This document shows positions 24,501 to 33,808 of a DNA stretch of 64,000 nt, one piece after another; position 1 is the stretch's first letter, and each line of letters starts with the position of its first letter. The DNA is from Azolla caroliniana. Its lineage: Eukaryota; Plantae; Polypodiophyta. Under the pieces are notes generated by a model. It was not told the origin of the DNA. It saw only the letters and a program-made list of their open reading frames with translations, and ran no database searches. A program made the position numbers and the translations under genes. Where the stretch lies: NCBI GenBank assembly GCA_043228905.1, contig JBHGNT010000018.1:6076001-6140000 (forward strand). Reading direction: 5' to 3'.

Positions 24501-27389
24501 TGTGCCGAGGTCCACCTCCTCTAGTTGGGATGCTTTTACCCTCTCGGATATCGTCATTTCCCTCTCTAGGGATTCCTGCGCTTGTCGCAGTTCCCGGATC
24601 GCCACTTGGTCCGGTTCGTCCGGCGTCGTAATGTACGGTTCTACTGCCGCCGTGATATCCACCTCAAATAGTGGGACGATTCGTGGATGTTCCTCGAGGT
24701 ACCGCTCGACTTCCTCGTCCGGTAATCCCTCCAACATGTTGATGCTTTCCGCATACAATGGAGTTGCTTCCTTACTGGCGATTACCCGTGGTTGCGTCGT
24801 TACTCGTACCTTTGCTTTCCCTCGCCGGAATGTGATCATGTTCTTTTGCCAGTTTTGCTTGATATGCGCCGTCCGCAGCCATGTTCGTCCTAGCAGTAGG
24901 GGGTACGCGCCTTGTACATTCAGCTGTAGCACCACGGCCGATATCCGGAATACGTGGCCTCCGATCGTTACTTCCAAATCCCGGATAAGTCCGGTCGGTC
25001 GGACTGAGCTGGTATCCGCCATGCGTAACCAGAAGGGGCATGGTTCCCATTCCCGGATGCCCAGGTTATCGCATGTATGTCGGCTGATGACATTTACCCC
25101 GGAGCCTCCGTCAATAATCGTTCCAGCAATTTCCTTCCCTTTCACGATTGTCGTGATCGCCGGGCTACTTGTATCGACCACCGCTGGTCCTTCCTCCGGG
25201 TTGGCGAAGAATGCCGGTGCTGGCGTCGGCTTCAGTTTGCTCACGGATGCCTGTAAGTCTGTCGTAAACCGTGGCACTAACTGTAGTAGCCGTGCTAACG
25301 GTAGCACGATTTGACAGTCCTGTAGTGCTTGCCACGTCGGGTTTTCTCCTGGCTGTATGATTTCTTTGTCTTTTGGCATATTTTGGTCTCTTACTTCTGC
25401 CGCATTCTGTTCATTGGCCTCCTTGATCCATTGCGCCGCTTGTTTTCTGATTGCCTCCTGGGCTTCCCACTCAGCCGTCTTTCCCTTTGACCGGGTTGTG
25501 ACCTGCTGTACTTCTGTTATTTCGGCTGTAACCATGTTGACTGCCGGCTGCTTGTCATTGATTTTGCTTGGGCATTGGTTACTATAGTGGCCTTCCTTAC
25601 GTCAGTAATAACAGTACACCTTGTGACTGTTGCTCGTTTCTCTTTTGTCCCCGGTTTGGAGGGTGGGTATGCTTCGGCGGTCGTCTTCGGTTTTTCGGTT
25701 ATCCGGTACCGATACCGGGTTGTCATTCCTCGCTGCCTCCCGACGTTCCTCTCTTCGGAAAAATCCACGTTTCTGATTCCGTCGGAAATTTCGGTTCCCT
25801 TGTCGCCTCTCTTCTCTGCATCGTTCGTATTCCGGGGATTCGTCTCGGTCGTACCGGTCCCGGGGGTAGCTATCTCTGCGTTTCTCCTCTCGGTCATAGT
25901 TATCGCGTCTTCTATCAGCGTATCTGTTACCGCGTTTGCGTTGGTAGCGGTCGTCTCTCCGGAATCGATCCTCATCCGGGTTCTGATTGCGCGGTTCTAT
26001 GTGTCGAACCGGTGTTGCCTGTCGATTTAACAGGTTATATTCGCATCGGTCCGTTGTATGGGATCGAGAGGTGCAGATCATACATTGTGTCCGCAGGGTG
26101 CAGTCTACTGTTGAGTGGCCCGAATTTAGGCATGTTGTGCATTGTAAGGCCTGTCAGAACCTCAGGTCTTCCTCCTTTGGGAGTGCCCGGTGTAACATCC
26201 CCATCGACAAGAAGGAACTAGTCTTGTCCATTTCTAAGACCCAATCAATAACTTGGTCCATTGTGCTGGTGTGGAAATCAAGGACTCCGCACATTGTTCG
26301 AAGTGGCTCTTTCAGCGCGGCCAAAAAGACTGCTTTGGCTTCGTCTTCGGGTGGTGCTCTCGTCAGTTGGTTGTGCAGGGTCTGAAACCGAATGATGAAT
26401 TGTGGCACAGTCTCGTTCTCTTCCTGCCGGGTGGTGTAGAACTGCCCGACCAATTCCCTTTGCTCAACTTGTCTGTGAAAAAGCCTGAGGAATCTGGCCT
26501 TCAAGGCATCGAATGTGGCAAAGCTGCCCGGTAAGTGCTTTGCGTGCCATCGGGCCGCCGGTCCTTCTAAGGTCATGCCGAATTCGGCGACTTTGGATCG
26601 TTCGGCTTCGGGCTCCGTCAGTCTTTGGGAGACATGGTTGGCTTCCCATGTTTGGAGGAATGCGTACACATGTGCCTCCGCGTCGGGCTCATCCCGGTAC
26701 TTTGGGTATGGGTACGGCATCGTGTCGTCCAACTGACTCTCCTGCCTTCTCCGCTCTCTGTCCGCTGTTGGCGTCGGTGTGAGAACCTTTGGTTCCTCCG
26801 CGGTTGGTGCTGGTATCCGCTCCTTCAGTTCCTCCGCGGGTGTTGCCGGTGTCCGGTCCTTTGGTTCCTCCGCGGGTGTTGTCGGTATCCGCTCCTTCGG
26901 TTCCTTCGCGGGTGTTGCCGGTATCCGGTCAGCCTCCCTCGGCGATTGCCAGTCACCGAATTCCAAGGTTATTTCTTCCTCTGGCTCCGGTGTTACTGAG
27001 TCTTCCGACCCCTCTTCCCCCGGGTCGTTTGGTGTGTCGTGACTGCTTTTATACCGGGACGCAACGCTTCCGTCGCTTTCCGACTCCGCCTCAAGTGTTG
27101 CGAATGCTTCCGAGTCCCCATCGCCCCCGGCGAGCGTCTGTAGTATCATTTCTGCCTCTTGCAGGCTTGTTATGCTACTGCCTTCGTCGGGGATTTGCAG
27201 AACCCGGAACTGCAGTGCTTCTTCTGCGACTCTCCGAAGAGTTTTGGAGAATGACCGATCCCGCCGGATCTCGTCGACGGCTTGCTGCAGGGCTTCCCGT
27301 CGTTGCTCGCGTTCGGTGTATCGTCTCCCTCGTTCGGTGATGTGGTCGTCGTTTGGTCTAGACATCCATCGCCCGGTTGTCCTCTGCAC
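21522..27389 (-). pseudogene. gag-pol polyprotein of gypsy 2; one reading frame with 5 premature stops
   Basis: ORF pieces 26154-27389, 25602-26081, 24486-25535, 24006-24302 and 21522-23975 share one frame. Stops at 26154, 25602, 24486, 24381 and 24006. Two CCHC knuckles, protease IIDGGSG, RT FLDD, RNase H, integrase HHCC plus DDE. Confidence 0.92.
26770..26930 (-). repeat. 36-bp tandem repeat (x4) in gag encoding PATPAEEPKERI-like units
   Basis: Visible in both DNA and translation. Confidence 0.9.
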
Positions 27390-27401
27390 TTTGCAGGAAT
27401 C

Positions 27402-27411
27402 GTGGTCGCCA
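27402..27411 (-). promoter_or_regulatory. Primer-binding site of gypsy 2 (tRNA-Arg UCG type)
   Basis: 5' LTR..ATAACA-CCTTT-TGGCGACCAC; 10-nt match to a tRNA-Arg(UCG) 3' end (..GUGGUCGCCA, from memory). Confidence 0.8.
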
Positions 27412-30400
27412 AAAGGTGTTATATGTTTTATGGTTAGGGTATGATAATGATAAAGATAGGAATAGGGCTAGCAATGATGGTAGATTGATAATGAATATGT
27501 GATGATGAGAGAGGGCGTGAAGAACAAGACAACCATTGAGGGGTGGGGGGTGGTGCCTAGAATGGCTCCACCCCCCTCCCAAGGGGGTTCAACGTTAAGG
27601 GGAGAGAGAGGAAGAGAGATGACAAAGAGAGAGAGAGAGATTAAGAGAGAAATGTTCATTCATATTTCATTCATTCCCCATAAGGGGTTAAATAGTACAA
27701 GAGGGGGTAGATACATAGGGGTGTAAGCCCCCTAGAGCATTCATATTGGACACTCACTCACACCTCATCGTATCCCTCCACATGCACACACGTGTGCATG
27801 TGTTCACATACATATCGACTCACAATTACATTTATGTTCCCTACACATATACAACATCATCATGATAATATTCGACCCTCGCTCATCACACTTGACTCTC
27901 CGTACATCTCATACGGGGTAACAGAGTAGAGACACAATGTGTTCAATTCAATCCTACATTCGTCCAATTACCCACAACGATGGACGAGATAGCAGCCCTA
28001 CAACAAACTGATGAGCAAATATGACAAATCACCCATGACATCCAATCGACAACAAGCAAAAAGGTACACACCTATTTCCAATTGCAAAACACTGTCTTAT
28101 ACTTTATACAAACAGGGAAAGAACCACAAATCTACATACCACAGAGCTTGCGGAATTTATATATGCAATTTTTTCACGCTCACCCGATGTCTGGCCACCT
28201 CGGATTCCACAAGGTGTTGGACAAGATCTGTCTCTGATATTATTGGCCACAAATAATGCCACTCATGTCAACAGATTATGCCACTCCATTCCAACGATGG
28301 CATACTCCAGCCTATTACCGTCTCTGAACCCTTTGAATTAATAGGATGGGATATCATCGACCCTTTTCCCGAATGCCAGGCAGGAAACAAGTATATCTTA
28401 GTCATCTTTGAATACTTGACGCGATGGACCGAAACCGCCGCAATTCCAAATGCACGACCCATCACCATATCAACAAAGCTGATGGAGCGGATCATTTTTC
28501 CACATGGCTGCCCAGGTCGCATCCTATCTGATTGAGGACCGGAATTTAGCGGAGAGGTACTGCAAGCATTAGCTACACAGTTAGGCATTCAACAGATATT
28601 TACCTCCCCATATCATCCCCAGACAAACGGATGAACAAGAGGATTAAACAACAACTTACCGGATTGATCGACCCACTACACACAACGTGGGACTTAATCC
28701 TACCCTTCATCAAGCATGCGTATAACACCTCGGTGCAAGCCTCGACTCGAATCAGCCGTTTCCGAGCACTATATGGCCGAGACCCCCGTTTACCCTCCGA
28801 CATCAAGGTGGACCTACCCAAAAAAATACTTGAGCCGATGCAATGAATTAGTGGTTGCACTTGCAACAGGTCCAACCTATCTTATGGTTGAGCATACACA
28901 AGAATCTACAACTAGCTCAGTCACAACAAAAGTGGTGCTATGATAAAGGCTGTCGTGCGATAGAGTACGCAACCGGAGCAAAGGTCCTCGATTATTTCCC
29001 GATCCAGCGACAAGGACTTAGTGAATCAATGATGAATCGATGGATTGGCCCTTTTACGGTCATCCGATCAATGAGGGCCAACACCTATTCCCTCCGTCGA
29101 GATGCTAATGGATGGATTACCTATGCGCACGTGATAAGGATGAAGCCATATGTCCACCAATCCACAACTCAAGCATCACAAGAAGAGGAAACTCACCATG
29201 ATGTCCCCGACGAGGATGACTAAGAAAACCCTTCAGTTGCAGCCAGCCAACAAGACGAACCAAAGCCACCATCAAACATGAGCAACCGAGACGCCATCTA
29301 CAATGGCCACATGTCGGAGGTAGCTCCCACAGTAACGGAGTAGAGGCACCATTAGACACAGTCGACGTACTAGGTTTTTTGAAGGGGGGAGCTATGGGAT
29401 CGCGTGGTAAAACCACAATACAAAACCCCTCACCTAACCCAAGTAGCTATAACCAAGGTTAGGGGAGTTAGACCATGGTTTAGTTAGTTACACCATAGTT
29501 AGTAAAAGGTTAGTTAGAGGTAAGTAACTAGAAGTGTACCAAGATAACCGAATGTATCATGGAATGTAATACCAAATTGTATAAAAGGATTTAGTTGGAA
29601 TGGAAAAGGGGAAGAGAGTTTGGAGGCATTTTACAATATTATAAAACCATTCGTTTTGCAAAATAAATATAAAAAATAATAATTAATTCATTTTTTGTAA
29701 AAAATATAATAATTCACTAAGAAAAGAACAATCATTGATTAATAAATTATAAAAATATGTATGATTAGTATTAAGTCTCTTTTATAGTGTAAAATCGAAA
29801 AAGGGGGAGTTTATGAAGCTTTATTTTATTTATTATTGAAAACAACGAATATTTTTATATTTATTAGAAATATGATTATGTGAAGTCTCATTTTTAAGGT
29901 GAGATAAAAATATCCATAAAATTTGGGAGAATAAAAAAAGTCGGTAATTAATGAACCTTTATTTTATTTAGTTAATTTATTAAAAATAAAATGAATACTT
30001 TACATTTATTATAAAAATTTATTACTGTCAAGTCCCATTTTTATTGTGATTTCCCCTTTTTTATATCTAGGAAACAAAAAATGAGAGAGTTTATAAACTC
30101 TTTAAAAAAAATAAATCTACAAATGTTTTTCATGTAGTCGTATGCGTATTTGTTTGGAAACCCCATGAATGCGAATATGTCGATCTATAGTTATAATTAT
30201 AAATACATAAATTAGCCTTATGCAAGCAAACCTTCCATTCCCCAAACCTATATAAACCCTTGTTATGAGTTGAGAGGATCATAAACTTTCAAGCTTTGGT
30301 ATTCTATTTTCACTCTCCAACCACATTCTGTGACCACAATGCACCACTCACTTTGTTGTAGACTAGTGCAATGTGGGCCATTTAAGAGTAGCGCTAGCCT

Positions 30401-30969
30401 ACTACAACATTGTTCGATGATGCACGCTTTGTTGAGAGAGTTGCCACATTGTTAACTAGTATATGTATCGCTACATGTTCTTCACACTACATGACATTGA
30501 GTGGACTTATGATCAAGGCAAGTAATACTACCCTACCCACTATATTTGCTGACGAAATGTGGAATTTAGTTTGTCCATTAACAACCAACAATATTTTGGT
30601 GATTTGGTTTTGCATCAAATATTGTAGAATCTCCCAAACATTCATTGCCATGTAGAAATGTTCGATTGAAGTCAACATAAAATTTGTTGTCCCTAATATG
30701 GTTGCATAGAGGTATCTACCAATCAATAATGGTTTAAAGATAGTATTGTAAAGCAAAATGGCTTAAAATAATTAAAAAGAATAATACATGGAGTGAATTA
30801 GAAACAAAATTACATCTAGAGAAGACCCATTGTCAAGTACTTTCTATCTTCCCATGTTGATTACTATTGAACTATAATCTCATGGTGCTCTCTCACTCTG
30901 TATTTGTATACAAATTTATCAATGGTATTTCTATTATAATTTATATTAGTAATAATGTTAATAACACAT

Positions 30970-31051
30970 TGCAATTAGCTTGAGTGGTTTGAGGCATTGG
31001 ATTTAGGCTTTCCAATGTCAAAGGGCATTGGTTCAAATCCCATAGTTGTCA
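30970..31051 (+). pseudogene. tRNA-Leu(UAG) pseudogene, copy 1
   Basis: GAGTGGTTTGAGGC..GATTTAGGCT..GGTTCAAATCCCATAGTTGTCA; stems disrupted. Confidence 0.7.
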
Positions 31052-31301
31052 TTAGCGAGTTCAAAATATCTAGCATTGCTATTAATTAATGCAATAATTA
31101 CTACATTATTCTTGTATAAAAAATGGTCGGAAAAAACTATAAACATGAAACATGTTCTTTCTTCGACCTAGTGCTTGCATTGCACATTGATGTTCTTACC
31201 ATTGTTGTCTAACAACCTTTGGGACAAGGGTTAAAACTCACACTCTCTTTTTAAGCTTCTTTTGCAACTTTATGAACTAGGCAATTGATGTCATCAACAC
31301 T

Positions 31302-31381
31302 GATAATTTGGCCAATTGGTCTAAGGTGTTGGATTTAGGCTCTAATCCAAAAGGGCGTGGGTTCAAATCCCACAATTGTCA
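31302..31381 (+). tRNA. tRNA-Leu(UAG)-like, copy 2 (cloverleaf intact; possibly a pseudogene)
   Basis: Acceptor GATAATT/AATTGTC, D arm GCC/GGT, anticodon arm TTGGA-TTTAGGC-TCTAA, variable arm, T arm GTGGG-TTCAAAT-CCCAC, discriminator A. No T-run terminator directly downstream. Confidence 0.7.
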
Positions 31382-31639
31382 TTAGCAAATTCAAACAACC
31401 TAACAAGGCGAAACTTAGACTTAGTCTCTACATTCCACATTGATGTTCTTAACATTGTTGGCGAACGGACCTTGTTTAAATATGTCTTTCTTAGACCTAG
31501 TCCCTACATTCCATGTTGATGTTCTTAACATTATTGGCCAACGACTTGACACTAGTAAAAACTCTCTCTCTCTCTCTCTCTTTGTAACACTCTTTTGCAA
31601 GTTTATCAAGTGGACTTCTATTGATGTCAACAATACATT

Positions 31640-31697
31640 GACAATATGGCCAAATGGTCTAAGGCGTTGGATTTATGCTCCAATCCGAAAGTTGTGG
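31640..31697 (+). pseudogene. tRNA-Leu pseudogene, copy 3, truncated by a copia LTR
   Basis: GACAATATGGCCAAATGGTCTAAGGCGTTGGATTTATGCTCCAATCCGAAAG..GTGG, then the TGTTG of the LTR. Confidence 0.7.
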
Positions 31698-33808
31698 TGT
31701 TGAGCGAGCAAGGTCAACATGGGCCGGATCGACTGAACAAGCCGAGAGCCGGATTGGATGAAGACTGATCGGCTAGTCCCGGATCAAATCAGAGACCCGG
31801 ATCGGTGAGCCGGACTAGAGAGCTGGATCGGAGAGTCGGACCGATGAGTAGGATCCACGAGAATTGATAGGCCGTTAGAGGCCTACGATCTTAGCCTAGT
31901 AGATAGGCATATTTTTAGGAGTTAGTGTTAGTCGCTCAGTTATGAGCATTGAAGTACATGTCAATACTTCTGTTGGTTCTTTTACGGACTTGTATAAAAG
32001 TGCTCACAGAGCACACTTGTATATATAGACAAAGTATTATTTTAAAATTGAGTTCTTTGTGTTTTGCTCTCTCTATGTCAGTCTCTCCCGAGTTCTCTCT
32101 ATGTGTTCTCTAAGTTTTCCATTAAACCTTCATTTATTTTTTGTTGCTACTCTTTTTGTAACCGGTTGTGTCTTTTAGCTTCCGCACGCTATTCTTCACA
32201 TGGTATTAGAGCGCGAGGGTTGAGAATCCTCAGCTGCCAAAAAATGCTCAACACAAACAAACCCTAACACCCAGTAAAAACATACAAGGAAAAAAAGAGA
32301 GAAATTGGACAGAAGCATGGCAAGCTCACTTCCAACGGAGAAGCTTGATCGGAGCAACTATGCATCTTGGTCCTATAAGATGCACCAGTACTTGTTGGGG
32401 CACGATTACTGGAGTTATGTGGAAGGAGCAAATGAGGTAGCGAGGACAAGGATTTCCCGGCGTGGGAGCAAGCAACGCGCATAGTGTTGTACCGCCTTGT
32501 GTCCTGTGTGCACGATCAAATGCTGGGCTACATAAGAGATGCGAAAACTTTGAAGGAGACCTGGGAAAATCTAGAAAAGATTTTCACCACAAGTACCACG
32601 ACCCAGAAGTTGCAGCACAGACAAGATCTCAACGATATATGACAAAAGGATATGACGGTCACCGACTACACCAAATTAAAGGAGATTTGTGATGCCTTGG
32701 GATCCATCAATGTGACGGTGGATGAGAATGAGATGGTACAGATCTGCCTCGGTGGTCTAGCACAAAGGTACGGGCAAATCTGGACAGCTATATGCACCTC
32801 GGAGAAACCACAATCTTTCTTTGACTTGCAATTGATGCTAATGATCGAGGAAAACCACACACGTGGGTTGAGGACTACTCAGTCAAATAGCCGGATGTTG
32901 TACACAGAGGCAGATTGGCCATGTGGTCGTGGAAGACGAGGTGGATCGGCACGCAATAGTGGCGGCCGACAAGAGCAAACACAAAGGCATAACCGAGATG
33001 CTGACAACAGTTCCAGACCCTCCACGAGCAGGGCGAGTCAAGGCGGCGCCAGAAACCGACAAGTAAAGCCCGACATGGAATTCTTGTATTGTGGCAAGAA
33101 GGGCCACAAGGAGAGAGAGTGCTCGAAGAAGCGCGCCGATTCGGACAAATCCGAATCCGGCAAGGCCAAACAAGGGAGTCGACAAAAGTTGCACTACGTC
33201 GAAAGGTCGGAAGGACCCAAAACCGGAAAAGGGCCAGCCTTCGTGATGAAACACCAAGCAAATTTGATGAAGGAGACCACCTCACAATCAAAAGAGGTGT
33301 GGTACGTTGACTCCGGAGCATCAAATCACATGACGACCCATGAAGAGTGGTTCTCGTATTTAGAGAAACCGGAGCAACCGAGAGTGGTCGAAACTGGAGA
33401 CGACACTTCGCACCCGATCAAACATGCCAGCGAAGTCCCTCTTAGCCATGTCGGACAGAAGGAGAGACTCATGAACATGCTGCACATCCTAACAATAACG
33501 AAAAACTTGGTGTCGGTCGGGCAGATCGTCGACCAAGGAATGCAAGTTCGATTCACCCACCTTGTGGGAAGAGGGCCAAATCATTGCACAAGGGCACTAG
33601 GAAGGGAGGATGTTCATCCTCGACACCAACGACGTTGGCACCACATTGTTTGTGAAGAGACAAAAGGTCGAGTTGGATATTAACTTATGGCACAAGCGGA
33701 TCGGCCACGTCAACTATCAAAGGATTCAAGATCTACAATTGAGACAAGTAGTATTCGGCTTGCCGAAATTCAATGGCGGGAAGGCCCAAATTTGTGAAGC
33801 CTGCCAAC
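31698..33808 (+). mobile_element. Ty1/copia element A, 5' half only
   Basis: LTR 31698-~32198, PBS TGGTATTAGAGC at 32201 (iMet type, 1 mismatch), gag KLDRSNYASW, CCHC, protease WYVDSGASNHMT, gag-pre-integrase LWHKRIGH..CEACQ. Cut at 33808 by the chromovirus. Confidence 0.88.

Larger units (their letters stand above)
17748..27923 (-). mobile_element. Young Athila-like Ty3/gypsy LTR retrotransposon 2 with extra 3' ORF, nested in gypsy 1
   Basis: 507-bp LTRs 17748-18254 and 27417-27923 (3 transitions seen by eye), TG..CA termini, TSD GAGTA (17743-47, 27924-28), order gag-PR-RT-RH-IN-extra ORF. Athila-like motifs: FLDGFSGYNQI, DEFPDAELF, KLRFRWTGPF. Confidence 0.95.
13944..29635 (+). mobile_element. 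Ty3/gypsy LTR retrotransposon 1 (non-chromoviral, decayed; hosts nested insertions)
   Basis: LTRs 13944-14185 and 29393-29635 (~242 bp), TSD ATAT (13940-43, 29636-39), PBS TGGTGGAGA at 14191, PPT GAAGGGGGGAG at 29381-29391. gag (PKSFSG..WLDHFE, PMEID, CFFCNNYGHV), protease ~16030, RT YLDD ~16980, RNase H ~17400-17740, integrase 28170-29150. Many stops and frameshifts. Confidence 0.9.

Noticed and set aside
18454-27444. Many plus-strand ORFs (e.g. 20313-21047, 24385-25314, 25568-26221)
   Set aside because: Antisense shadows of the GC-rich gypsy 2 coding strand; no recognisable domains.
30410-30756. Short ORFs on both strands
   Set aside because: No recognisable motif or splice structure; cannot be supported as coding.
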